Below are positions 27,721 through 40,409 of a stretch of 64,000 nucleotides of DNA, piece after piece. The stretch is from Octopus sinensis (lineage: Eukaryota): contig NC_043012.1 in the NCBI RefSeq assembly GCF_006345805.1, positions 22,258,001 to 22,322,000 of the forward strand, given 5' to 3'. A program made the position numbers and the translations under genes. The first letter of the stretch is position 1, and every line of letters starts with the position of its first letter. The notes under the pieces were generated by a model. That model was not told the origin of the DNA. It searched no databases and worked only from the letters and a program-made list of their open reading frames with translations.

Positions 27721-28880
27721 TCTAGGCTAGTCACCGTTCATCCAGTCGTCCAGTTATATTCAGACGCGTCCAGTTTCGTCGAGGTTCCTCCAGGTTCATC
27801 CGAGCTCGTCCAAACTCATCGAGGTGTGTCCTTGCCGAGGTGTATCCATTCTCATCAAGTTTTTACAGGCTCGTTCAGGGACATCCAGCCTCGCCCAGGC
27901 TTTCCCGGGGTCATTCAAGCTCGTCTACACCCGAATTTCTCCAGATTCATCCGGTTCTCCTGAACTTGGCTATGCTCGTCTCGAAACGCCGAAACTCCGC
28001 CAGACACATCCAAAAATATCCGGTTTCGACTAGATTCCTCCAGTTATGTCGAGGCTCGTTGAGGCTCATCCGTACTCGTGCAGACTCGTCCAAACTCATT
28101 TGATTCAGTCTTGGTCAGGCTACTCTGAACTCGTCCATGTTCCTTCAGGCGCGTCCGCACGCGTCCACCTCGATTAGGTTTAGCCAGGTTCGTCCAGGCT
28201 TTTCCAGGTTCGTCTAGGTTGTTCAAACTTGTCCGGCGTTTTTCGGTTTCGTCGAGCACGTGCGAACACGGCCTCGCTCGGCCAAGCTCGTCTCCGTGCG
28301 ACTCAGCTCTGTCGTCCAAACCCATCTAGCATTGTATTGGCTTTTCGAGGCTCTTCCTCATTTGTCCAGAATCATGCGACCGTGTCTTGACTGGTAGGTA
28401 CGCAATTGTCCAGGCTCGTCGAACTTCCTCCAACTTCTATGCACGTCCAGGATCTTCTAGGCTCGTTTAATTTCGTCAAAATCTCCGCCAACTTCATCCA
28501 GTTTTGTCCAAGTTCATCCGAACTCTGGCTGGATCAGTGCATATTGACCTGGATTTATCAGATTCATCCAGAGAGTTCCCTGGATCACCCAAGCTCTTCC
28601 ACGTCCAGAGTAATCCGGGCTAGTCCAAGTTCGTTCTTGCCCATCCATTCAGTCACGTATCGTCCAGGCAATCCAGGGACATCTAAGCTCGCTCAAGCTT
28701 ACCCAAACTTTTCCATTGTCGCTCAGCATCATCCAGTAGATTGTTCAAGGTTCGATCTACCTTCGTCTAGGATCCTCCAGTTTTTCTAGGCTCTTTCCAC
28801 TTGGTCCGACTTCATTCAGACTCGTCCAGGTTCATCCTGGGAAGTTCAGGCTTCTCCAAGTTTGTTCAGGCTAGTCTTCC
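27721..28880. repeat. Degenerate 10-bp-period minisatellite, consensus approximately CAGGYTCRTC
   Basis: Successive decamers, e.g. cagacgcgtc cagtttcgtc gaggttcctc caggttcatc cgagctcgtc caaactcatc. Much more GC/CpG-rich than the flanks. Confidence 0.8.
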
Positions 28881-29076
28881 AGTATTCTGCCGAAGCTGAT
28901 GAATCATTCTTCATCCCTGGTAATGTCCAATAGGATGGGGCTGCTGCGTCCGTTGCGCTCTTGTCGGCCCTGGTAAATCTGTGTTCGCAGCTCTCAAGTC
29001 GGTCTGTACTCACCGTCCGCAGCTGGTTTACAAGGCGTACAAACCCTTGTAAATAGCTTCAAATAGGAATTTGCTT

Positions 29077-29242
29077 TCAGCAGACGTGATCCTTACATTC
29101 AAAAGAAGGGTTGGCTTTGAGGACCGGTTTGGTCGGGCCGAGACTGCCACTGGAACACGACTTCGACTTCGGTTTCTTTGTATCGCAATGCGCGGCAGGC
29201 GTTCGGCTGGAGACTAATAGTCCATTCAGAACTTGTACGAAC
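29077..29242 (-). CDS. Candidate terminal exon of an unidentified minus-strand gene
   Basis: Acceptor ctcttcttgtaattttaacAG at 29243. Non-repetitive, GC-richer sequence, open in one frame: FVQVLNGLLVSSRTPAAHCDTKKPKSKSCSSGSLGPTKPVLKANPSFECKDHVC*. No homology recognised. Confidence 0.3.
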
Positions 29243-29819
29243 CTGTTAAAATTACAAGAAGAGTTCCCAATGAGTTCAGTTTCTACACTGCACTATAAAC
29301 ATCAAAGAATTTTGGTAAGCTCTATGTCCCTCCAGTAAATATTATTAGCGATTAAGCATAAGACAGGCTCTCATTCCACTCTCACAATCCTTCACACAAC
29401 AGCCGATATGTAAAACCCGACGGTAAAAACGTACCCTGCTACGATCCTATTAATTTATTACCCAACACATTTCTTTTGAAATGTTTTATATGTATACATA
29501 TTGTCTGTGTCTGTTTAGAAATTATTTTCGTGTATAAAAGTGGTCGCGTTGCTTGTTTTTCTATCGAAATAATCTGTCGGAACGCATTATCATTTTATAA
29601 CATGAAAATTAATTGAAAAATTAATTTAGCGTTACGACCACGTAATATGGGAATGCCTGTACATACATGCATACACACGCACGCACACACGTACAACACA
29701 CGCACACATGCAAGCACAAACATACACCTTTCCCCTTTCTTTTGCCATCAGGTTGAGCAATCCCGAGTGATTTCCTTGACATGTAGGGAAATACCAAGTG
29801 TAGGTTTGTTGTTGCTGGC

Positions 29820-30041
29820 GAGCTGGCAGAAACGTTAGCACACCGGGCGAAATGCGTAGCCGTATTTCGTCTGCCGTTACGTTCTGAGTTCAAATTCCGC
29901 CGAGGTCGACTTTGCCTTTCATCCTTACGGGGTCGATTAAATAAGTACCAGTTACGGACTGGGGTCGATGTAATCGACTTAATCCGTTTATCTGTCCTTG
30001 TTTGTCCTCTCTGTGTTTAGCCCCTTGTGGGTAGTAAAGAA
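29820..30041 (+). mobile_element. Young SINE family B
   Basis: 20-bp perfect flanking direct repeat gtaggtttgttgttgctggc (29800-29819 / 30042-30061). Confidence 0.9.
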
Positions 30042-33000
30042 GTAGGTTTGTTGTTGCTGGCCTTGGTTCTTTTTTCTCTTTTTCTTCTTCAAGACATCGT
30101 GTTGTCGACTAAATCCAGAAAAGCTTTCCGTGCCCACCTAGACTCTCAGAACGTACAAAGCTTAAACAAATTAAATAAAAGGTATTTTGTTTGACACTTA
30201 AAGATCCAGCAAATCCATCGATCTGTTAATAATTTTTAAAGAAAGGCACAAAACCGTAAATTTCGAAGTTAAGAGAGACATAGATTAAAATCGATGCCAC
30301 TGATTGATTGCTACTTTACTTCATCGACCCGAAATGATGACAGTCAAAGTTGGAATTTTGAGGATAATGGTACAAGTAGAAATATAGGAAATAATGGTAC
30401 TGCACAATAAAAAGTGATTGATCTTAGCTTAACCAAAGTAAAGTAATTAAAGCGCTTTCTATTATTGTGATTAATTGATTCATAATTAATTGGATAAGAT
30501 CAATATGAAAAATTTTTTCAAACATTGCCATTAATACTTATGCAATATACATACATATGTCATACATATGTGCGTGTATACAGACACAGACACACACACA
30601 GACAATTGTCTGTGCGTATAATAGATATTAGGTTGAAAAGTCTTGTCGCATTTTTTACTTGATCACTTTTTCAATACTTACAGTAAAATAAGTATTGATT
30701 ATTATATTTTGATTGCTTTTTCTTCTCTTACTTTACAAATCCAGCAACTTCAGGAGATCTGGGGCTCCTAATTTACATATTTGACACTTTATTTAATATC
30801 TTGTCGGCTTTAACGGATAAGTGTATATTACATATATAACCCTTGCAATATACCTTACTGTGATGAGAACGATGTGTTTGAAAAGCTATTTTGGTGTCAA
30901 AATCGTAATCTCCATTGTAGAAAATACGAACCCGGTGAAAGTTTTGATAAAATCTGTAATTGCCAATACAAACCCTCACTCTTTCGTTTACTTACTTATA
31001 CTACAGATTAGTTACCCGGTGGTCATTCAAATTTCACCACTTTTTCTTTAGCAAGTTGATTTCTACCGCATCAATCTTGTGACAGTTTTCAATATTAGAT
31101 TCTTTTCGTTCACATCGTTGAGAAAGCTTAACTGTAATAATTGCTGTTCTAAAATAATAGAGATATGATGGCTTAAATGTGAAATCTAAGCTTTACTTTC
31201 TCTTCTCAAATTTGAACACGTTTTGCCAGGAAAGTTGTTTCCGACGGCACCAATCTTAAGGTGGTTTAAGTGCATCTAAGACAAAAATAATACAGAAGTA
31301 AAGAAACTTTACTGCTTATTAGTTGCATTGGTGCGTTTCTGTTCCACGTTTTAGATTCCAACCAATTTTCTGTTAGCTGAAAATGTAGTGGAGACTAGTC
31401 CTGTTCAATGAACTAAACCACGTTTAATGTGGTTACAGAACTGGATTAGGTTGGAGTCGCAGAAGGAGAGACCAATGATATAGTTTTATGAGAAAAAGTT
31501 CTACGTTGACAGAGATGAAATTTATTAAAAGATTTTGCACATTTTGAATAATGCGATTGAAAAATAAAATGGATACATAGTGAGTAAAACAATATTTGAA
31601 AGATAAACGCATACACATATTCTAAGATATGTTTATAAGTATAAATTTATAATTAAAAAAAATTTTTTACGTGTTTCAGTCATTAGACTGCAGCCATACA
31701 GGGGCACTGCCTTGAAAAATAATTTTTAGTCGAGGGGATTCACCTCAGTACTTATTTTTGTAAAGCCTGGCAATTATTCTGTCGGTCGCTTTTCCCGAAT
31801 CTCTAAGTTACAGAGACGTAAACACACCAACACCGGTTGTTAAGCGATGGTGGGAAACAAAAAATAAACAAACACACACACGACGAGCTTCTGATATTTC
31901 CCCTCTTACTTAACCTCCACACTTTTCACCAGTATTTCACTTTACCATTTTTTTACCCACTATTTATACAGTTTTCAACCAATGTTTTACACTATACATC
32001 ACATTCTCCTTACCTTCCTTTTTAACTCCCCATCACGCCTCCCACATTTCCCCCATGCCTTCCTCTCACATACGATACATTTCCACATACACCTCCTCCT
32101 CACCCATTTCTATACACCACCTTACATTTCTATTTGGTCCTTAACCCTTTTGCTTTCATTCTTACTATATTTACTATTTCTTTTATTTTCCTGGTGAAGG
32201 ACTGACGTCCGAAATGTCAAACTTTTTCTCTTCTCTTTAAGCAATTAGCTAAAGCAACATCTGCTAAAACTTGTCCTTCCCGTGTTGGTGGTGTCTTCTA
32301 TCTTCTCGTGTTCATTGCCTTGTGTGTGTGGGTGCGTGTGTGGTGTGTGTGTGTGGGTGCGTGTGTGGTGTGTGTGTGTGTTTGTCTCGCACTGGTTAAC
32401 AACCAGTGTTATCAAGCGTTTTGGCAAAATATGACCGACTGAATAAGTACAGGGCTTAATTTGATCGACTAAATCCTTCAAGATGGTGTCTCATCGTGGC
32501 AGCGGACCAGTAGCAAAAACAAAAGGATTTTTTTTAAAAAGCATACACACACACACACACACCACACACACACACATGTCCGTATCCAAACAAATACACG
32601 CTAGCACATTTACTTACAATGAAAATTTAATAATAAAAATTAAGTAACACACCATAGATCATATGAATTCGTTCTATAGATCATGAGAACGTTATGTCCG
32701 CTTTACAATGGAATTATAACCCTAAACCGAGAACATACGGACTGAGAACTGAAGGAATACAATTTCGACCTAGTTAGGTCTCTTTCAACTTCGATTCAAT
32801 CGTAACCTTGTTTGCTATATTCGTTTGACTTTTATATAGCTCATAGAGCTTCTATATGATACATTGCTAGAGTTATTTGTCCATATCCGCTTTATATTAT
32901 CCGGTAGTGTAAATTTGGCAAGAATTGTACAAAACAATTTGCAGAACCTATAATAGATCATATCAGATAATGTATTCTCTATAACAATACAAACATGCCT

Positions 33001-33658
33001 ACACATTGTATGTGTGTGTAAAAGATGTATTTATAGAGAAAAAAAGCCTTGCTCTAAACGAATTTTGAGGTTGTGGGAAAGAAATTAGCATTGTTACTGT
33101 CTTTAGTATTGCCAACACCTTTTCTTCGAAGCATTCTTCTGCAGCGAGAGCGTCAAGCTGGCAGAATCGTTAGCGTACCGGACAATAATAACGCTAGGCG
33201 GTATTTCGTCCGTCTTTACGTTCTGAGTTCAAATTCCGCTGAGATCGACTTTGCCTTTTCTCCTTTTGGAGTCGATGAAAACCGTTTCAGTTGAGTACTG
33301 GAATGGATTTCATCGATTGTCCCCCCCCTCTCACCCATGCTTTCAGGCTCTGTGTCTGTAATAAAAAGAATGTCACTGATTGCCGATTCGCTATTTCATG
33401 GGGACGAAACAAACCAAAACGGTTGTGAAACAGTGAGAGATAATACGCATAAACCTATAACAATATCATCGAGAATGACGTCATTCATAAAACAGAAAAG
33501 AGGATCCAAATTCACCAGAGCACTTCGCGCCTGTATTGTATACAGCATTATACTTATAATTAGCGATTTTCCCATCACTATTTCATTTAGTGCTTCACTT
33601 AAGCGATCTACCGAGGCCAAAACATACCTGGAGTTATCTCCCGTGTCTGCCACAATTA

Positions 33659-34029
33659 TCTCTCTATATATAAACGGCAGTTTGTCTGTGTGTGTTTCTG
33701 TGTGTCTGTTAGGTTGTACCCTCACCCTGACCACGGCTTTCAACCGATTCTGATGAAACTTGACATACACATAGCCCAATGTCATAATTCAAAACTAACG
33801 CAGCGAAAATTTTGAAAAGTTCCCCCAGTTCTGAAAAAAATCGATAAATTCGACATGGGGTCGAGAATCAGAAACACAAACCACAGACTGTCTAGGGGAC
33901 GCAACTCGACCTTTTTAACTAAAAAAAAATTTACCATCATTTTTTTTCCATTTTTTGGCTATAACTCTCTAAAAATGCTTTATAGTTATTTCCCTTACAA
34001 ACCCGAGCAACGCCGGGCGATACTGCTAG
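33659..34029 (+). mobile_element. Non-autonomous Helitron
   Basis: A|TC...CTAG|T with hairpin at 34002-34017. About 120 bp of the 3' end is shared with 13689-14072. Confidence 0.8.
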
Positions 34030-35511
34030 TTAAACATACGTATGTGCGTGTATACAGACACACACACACACACACACACACAAATGTCTGTGCGTATAAT
34101 AGATATTAGCTTGAAAAGTCTCGTCGCATTTTTGACTTGATCACTTTTTCAATACTTACAGTATTGGATAATTATTCCTAATTAGATTTTTTTTCATGCT
34201 GTGCTCTCTACAAAGCGTTAATTTATGTGCAATTTGTTTGGTTATTTAGAAGCTCTTCGTGGTTGCCATGAGTGAACCAAATCGTACATTTGTAGCAACA
34301 TAATGTGTATATAAAGAAATATTATGTACCGTAATTATACCATTCAATTCTGTGACTTGCGAGACTTTATACTATATATTGATACCTTTAATAGTTTCAG
34401 TATTAAAGTGAAAGTATCTGACATTACAATAGAGATGTTTTTGTTTCACTTTTAACACGTAATACTGAAATAGTGGAGAAGATATGATATTGCTGTGGGC
34501 TCGCCCTAGGCAAGAAGTTAGAAATTTCTTTGCCCATGACACTACATGGACCCTAAGTAAGGCATGTGTAAAATTTGAATGAAATTGGTTGTGTAGTTCT
34601 CAGGTTTTAGGGATTCACACAGACAGACAGACACACATTCTCAGTTTTATATATATAGATGTGTGTGGGGGGTGTTTGTGTGCGTGTGTTTTTGTCTCCC
34701 ACCACTGCTTGACAACTGGTGCTGGTGTGTATACGTCTCCATAACTTAGCGGTTCGGCATAACGGAGTGATAGAATAAGTACCAGCCAAGTACTAGGGTC
34801 GATAGTAGAAATTTTGGGTGTTGTTGTTGCTGTTGTTGTTCCAAACTGGAATATGTATAAATGAGTTTATTTCGAATTTGGTTCGGAAAGAAACTGGCCT
34901 CTTTTGTTCAGTCACCAGAGATGATCTATTTCTGATTTTGCTGTAAATATAATAGTATTTGTACTTGAAAGCTCCAATCCGACCCAAGACAATTTCGGTC
35001 AGATCCAAAAAGAAATTCTTCATAACAGCACAACATGGAGTATTTTGAGAATCCCAGGAAACTTCAACAATGTGTTTGTTTGTGTGTGTGAGAGAGAGAG
35101 AGAGAAAGAGGAGGAGAAAGTGAGAGAAAGCATGTGCAGTAAACAAGGAAGGCCGCCATGTTGTTGTCGAAACCAGTATCAAAATTAAATAGATTCGGAC
35201 GTTTGATTTTTCTTTAATCTCATTTATTTTTTATTTGTCTCAATCACTGGAGTGCGGCCATGCTGGAATATCACGTTAAAAGATTTGGGGGGGGGGGTGT
35301 TGAACAAATCAGCTTCAATACTTTTTTTTTAAAGCTTGGAACTTATTTTAGCGTTGTCTTTTTCCCGAACTATTAAGTTACGGGATCTAAACAAACCAGC
35401 GTAGGTTATCAAGCAGTGAGAAAGGACACACACTCACACACATTTCTTTTTAAGAGGAACACAAAAAGGTATAAAATAATACCTTTTAACTATCGATTGG
35501 GTTGACGACTT

Positions 35512-35929
35512 GGATCTTTTCGGTTAGAACGGCAGTTTTTTTCTAGCGGTGTCATATGAAATTGTCACTCATAATTATGACCCTAGTATCGATCTATTGC
35601 ATTTCAATCTGTTTTAGGGTTAAGGTTAGTTAGGGTTGGGGTGGGGGGAATGGTATCTTTTTTTCTTCAGAAATGTAAATAAACCCAATCTGTTTCTTAA
35701 ACGAGGGATATATTCATACGGCACAGAATGTTTTCACCTCAATAGACGTCATTGAAATTGCAGAAATTGAAAAAAAAACAAAAAATATCTTACAAACTAT
35801 AGAATTTTCTCAATAAAGCCAAGAGAAAAAGATGTTTTATAAACACATTCTACCAGTATACGAAGTTTAAAAATGTTTAGTTACGTGGAAATTATTTTAA
35901 AAAAACTGCCGTTCAAACCGAAAAGATCC
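35512..35929. mobile_element. Second full copy of the TTAGGG-bearing MITE
   Basis: TIRs ggatcttttcgg... / ...ccgaaaagatcc. TSD gacgactt / gacgactc. Truncated copies at 49711-50119 and 52069-52330. Confidence 0.85.
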
Positions 35930-36721
35930 GACGACTCCTTTTAAATTGAAAAAGTCGAAGGCTGTTTGCGAGACACGAACCCACATCTCTGTCATTACAC
36001 GACAGGCGTTCTCCCATTGGACCAAAGAAATCCTTCGAATTTCTCGATTCTCCATTTTAGAATCTTTATTCTTACAAGCGCCGGGCTTCCATACAGTTTC
36101 TATCAACGAAATTCACTCCCAAAGCATTGGGCGACCCAGGAAGTACTTGCAGAACGTACTGAACCTGAAACCGTGTGGTTACTCTGTGAGTTTCTTTAAA
36201 AGAAAAAGTCATGGATAAGCAGAATCATATTAAAATATTCAAATAGACATAAAAGCATTTGTTAATTTATACTTAAGATGTCGTCTGGCACAAATACGAA
36301 AGCGTTTCTTGTATGGCAATGAGCGACGACTATCTTCTGTTTGAACCGACTGCCTTCAGGTACAATAGCAGGAACTTACTCAACGCATTCTTTATTCCAC
36401 GACGCATATTTGGTATTTTTGATCGTATGAAAGGACAGTAAACGTAAAAGAAAAAAAAAAAAAGAGGAATTTTTCTTTTTTTTTTTTTGTTAAATGGGGG
36501 TTTTCAGTAAAGATCTTACGCTGAAAGGAAATTAATAACTTAGCAGATGAAAAGAAGTGAAAGATAGAGGAAAGCAACACAACGAAATAAATAAATAAAT
36601 AAATAAATAAATAAATACAGAAATAAAGAAATAAATTTTCAAGATAAAAATATTTCTTGTTTTAAAGAGTAAGGAATATTCTGAAAATATCTAGTATCGT
36701 TGTTGCTATTTTTCATTTCAG

Positions 36722-36870
36722 GCTTGTGAAGTTACCCGATCATGGTTTCACTATAGCTAAAAATATTTGCAAAGTCATCACGTTAACTTGTTTATCAGGG
36801 TAACGTTCGTCTCCGGAAGTCCAGCTGATTTTGTTTTGCTCACTATGATGGATCTTCGTCGGCTTCGACG
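36722..36870 (+). other. Candidate exon (5'UTR plus possible start, or non-coding)
   Basis: Strong acceptor tgctatttttcatttcAG and donor CG|GTGAGT. No full-length open frame; ends ATG ATG GAT CTT CGT CGG CTT CGA CG. Confidence 0.35.
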
Positions 36871-36885
36871 GTGAGTAATTTCAGT

Positions 36886-37270
36886 TACTCTTACTCTTTT
36901 ACTCTTTTACTTGTTTCAGTCATTTGACTGCGGCCATGCTGGAACACCGCCTTTAGTCGAGCTTATTCTTTGTAAGCCCAGTACTTATTTTATCGGTCTG
37001 TTTTGCCGAACCGCTAAGTGACCGGGACGTAAACACACCAGCATCGGTTGTCAAGCAATGCTAGGGGGACAAACACAGACACACACACATATATATATAC
37101 ATATATACGACAGGCTTCTTTCAGTTTCCGTCTACCAAATCCATTCACAAGGCATTGGTCGGCCCGGGTCTATAGCAGAAGATACTTGCCCAAGATGCCA
37201 CGCAGTGGGACTGAACCCGAAACCATGAGGTTGGTTAGCAAGCTACTTACCACACAGCCACTCCTGCGCC
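36886..37270 (-). mobile_element. Full-length SINE family A copy
   Basis: Complete head (ggcgcaggagtggctgtgtggtaagtagcttgctaaccaa on the minus strand) to tail. Confidence 0.9.
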
Positions 37271-37929
37271 CTTTCTTGTTTTTTTATCTTCCAAATTCAA
37301 ATTCTACTGAAGTCGACTTTGCTTTATATCCTTCCGGAGTCGATAAAATAAGTACCAGTGGCGCACTGGGGTCGATGTAATCGACAACCTTTCTCACCCA
37401 AAATTTCAAGCCTTGTACTTATAGAAGAAAGAATCATCATCATCATCATCATCATCATCAAGGCAAAGAGCTGGCAGAATCATTAGTTGAATTTCGCCTG
37501 TCTTTGCGTCTTCAGTTCAATGTAATCGACTTTCCCCTCCCCTCAAAAATTACAAATAATTGGAAAATAGCTATCATTATTATTAGGATGTCGACCAGAC
37601 AGAATTGTTAGAGCATCGGATAAAAGTTTTGCAGAATTTCATCCGACATTTTTCTGTAGTTACATAATTTATGCGATCAAGAGTTGTGGTGTCGTTTTGG
37701 TGTAGTGGTTAGAACAGTTGCACGATTTACAATAGGCGCAGTGTTCGAATCGCGCATGTATTTTTTCCGTCGGATGTGTTGTTAAGGAGGTTACTCCTTC
37801 AGCATAAGTTTTCTCATTCAGTCTCACTGCGTGATATTTTGAGCAAACGTCTCTATTACATTCCACATGCCGACTAAAGCCCTGGGATAAACGAAAACTG
37901 AAAGAAGCTCATCGTATATAAAGGTTAAA

Positions 37930-38275
37930 GACCCCACTTCGATCATAAATGACCATGGGATTGCACCTAGAAAGTCCCCCTCCTCTGAATCACAAGTCTG
38001 GGCAAAGTTGTACATGGAAGAGTAACAGCTGCCCATGCATACCAGCCTCCCCTCTCCACACCACCAATGTTATCCAAGGGAAAGGCAAAGGGGCCGATGC
38101 GGCTTGGCACCAGTGTCGTCACAATTCATTTCTACTGCTGAGTGAACTGGAGCAACGTGAAATAAAGTGTATTGCTCAAGAACGCAACACACAGCCCAGT
38201 CCGGGAATCGAACTCACTATCTCGTGATTGTAAGCTCGATGCTGTAACCACTGAGCCATGCGCCTTGACCTTCAC
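37930..38275 (-). mobile_element. tRNA-derived SINE family C
   Basis: Minus-strand head with A box TGGCTCAGTGG and B box GTTCGATTCCC, then a ttcttgagcaa domain. Partial copies at about 2640-2750 and 3075-3185. Confidence 0.7.
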
Positions 38276-38286
38276 GTGTGTGAGTG

Positions 38287-38334
<48 letters not shown>

Positions 38335-38338
38335 CCTC

Positions 38339-38423
<85 letters not shown>

Positions 38424-38668
38424 ACATTATTTAATAGTTGTAAAAGAGTGTCGCTGTCATTCATTTCCAGTATTGTGCGTAGACACGTCTCGGTATGAAA
38501 ATATTATTTTATTGAAAATAGGTGATGGTTGGCAACAGGAAGGACATCCGGTCGTAGAAAACTTGCTTCAATAAACCCCGTCGAACCCATGCAGATATAA
38601 GAAAGTTAACATTAAAATGACGATGACAATTCTATATACACACACATAAATGTCTGTGTGCGTGTGCG

Positions 38669-38743
<75 letters not shown>

Positions 38744-38939
38744 AGTAATCAGGCAATAATCTGCGGCGGCAGATTTGAAAAAATATAGAAAAAATGTCTG
38801 TTGCAACGGGCTTTTCAAGTTGAGAGGATGTAGGCTTTGTTTGACTTTGCTTTCTCTTTTTCTCTGCCCCCTGACGAGGGATTGAATCCGAAACGTTAGA
38901 TGTTCCGCCCCTCACGACAGGTTCACTGTACCTCTTTCA

Positions 38940-38986
<47 letters not shown>

Positions 38987-39269
38987 TATCCGGAACGTTA
39001 GACTTTCACTCTGTGTCACTTTCACTTCACTCCTACCCTGAGTGTCAACCTAATAAAGTTAACTCAGACGCCTCTTCGACCTTTATTGTAATTTTGCATT
39101 TGTTTTTATTTGTGTGTGTGGGTGGATATGGTGATTGCCAGTTCTTCATAGAAGAAGGCCATCTCTTCAATTATTAAATGCTATCCTGTGATCTCATATG
39201 ACTAGCAAGTCCGGTGTTCGCACAAACAGAGCCTACCGCAGGTGTTAAAGATATTTTCAAGCACACACA

Positions 39270-39310
<41 letters not shown>

Positions 39311-39450
39311 GTGCTCGTTTCAAGACGGAGCGTTCGATTCTCAGCGTTCCAAATGCTTTAAAACTATTGTTGATCACCTCTTTCCAAACCGGTCGATTTT
39401 CCGTCATCTGCGCCTAATCTTCAACATCACACAATTTTTGTGTGTGTGAG

Positions 39451-39526
<76 letters not shown>

Positions 39527-39849
39527 TACGTTTAAACAGTGAGGAGAATGTGCTAATGGTAATAATAATGATGTTAATTATTGGAGGATTAATTTTTAAA
39601 AAGTAGTGCGAAGTACAGCGAAGATAACGCCACCGACGATGATGATGATGATACTGTAACCATTTCTGTTCTCGTGTAACCATTGGTCACCGTTGGCCGA
39701 ATATTGCTATAACATGGATGGCACTAGCTACTTATCTATCTCACTAGTTATACGATGTCTCTGTCTAACTCAGGAACATGTTGCACTCACCGACGTACCG
39801 TAATGAGCCCTAAGGAGTACAGTGTATGGACAAGTTTTATAATGAGAAA

Positions 39850-40265
39850 AATTTGGATCCATTCACCCATCTTCTCCGTCCACTATTTCTGGGAGAGTTC
39901 TCAAGTACCTTCTCCATAGAGTCCTATCAGAGGCAATCGTCATTAGACTTCTCGGCTAGTTTGCCAGGCGCGACCAACTGAGGCTATAGATATATTATTC
40001 AACCATTTCTTTCTTGGTCTATTCCTAGGATTCTTGCCGGTTTGCTCGGCTTGAAGAATCCATCTTGCGATTCTTTCCTGACACATTCTAATCACATATC
40101 CCGAACCTGTGACTTCTCAACGCGAGGTAATTCCGGCTCGACCTGGTGAGACTCCCTGATTTCCGAGCTACGCAAGCTCTCGAATAACGTTACTCCGGAA
40201 ATCCATCGGAGGAATCCGATTTAGGCCGCTTGTGTTCGCGATCGTACTTGTCGGTTATTAACCAA
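39850..40265 (-). mobile_element. RTE-clade LINE 3' fragment (RT C-terminal domain + tail)
   Basis: Minus-strand translation FLRWISGVTLFESLRSSEIRESHQVEP...EKSQ is typical of the RTE post-RT region. Confidence 0.7.
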
Positions 40266-40269
40266 AATA

Positions 40270-40409
40270 TAAGGTTGTCCCAAAAGTTCGTAGAAAGTTT
40301 GGAAAATAATGGTCTTTATTTTGAGGAATAATTTTTGTTGTTTTTGTTAGTACTTGGCGAGTAAAAATTCAATTTTCGCAAGTGTTTACGAACTTTTGGG
40401 ACAACCTAA
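40270..40409. mobile_element. Tc1/mariner-type MITE
   Basis: 21-bp perfect TIR aggttgtcccaaaagttcgta / tacgaacttttgggacaacct, with TA on both flanks. Confidence 0.8.

Noticed and set aside
27721-28880. CRISPR array or repeat-protein CDS
   Set aside because: Eukaryotic context, no constant repeat/unique spacer structure, and a 10-bp period with a stop-free consensus explains the ORFs.
33337-33785. Overlapping 138-aa (+) and 129-aa (-) ORFs with GPCR-like hydrophobic stretches (NLDPLFCFM)
   Set aside because: The ends come from a SINE tail and a Helitron, the strand is ambiguous and no convincing motif is present. It is left uncalled pending RNA-seq or HMM search.
38868-38902. Active hammerhead (CTGACGA-GGGA-ttgaa-TCC-GAAACGTT)
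   Set aside because: The core is intact but stem I cannot pair (cccc versus agat). The 32193 motif also has a core substitution and a broken stem I.
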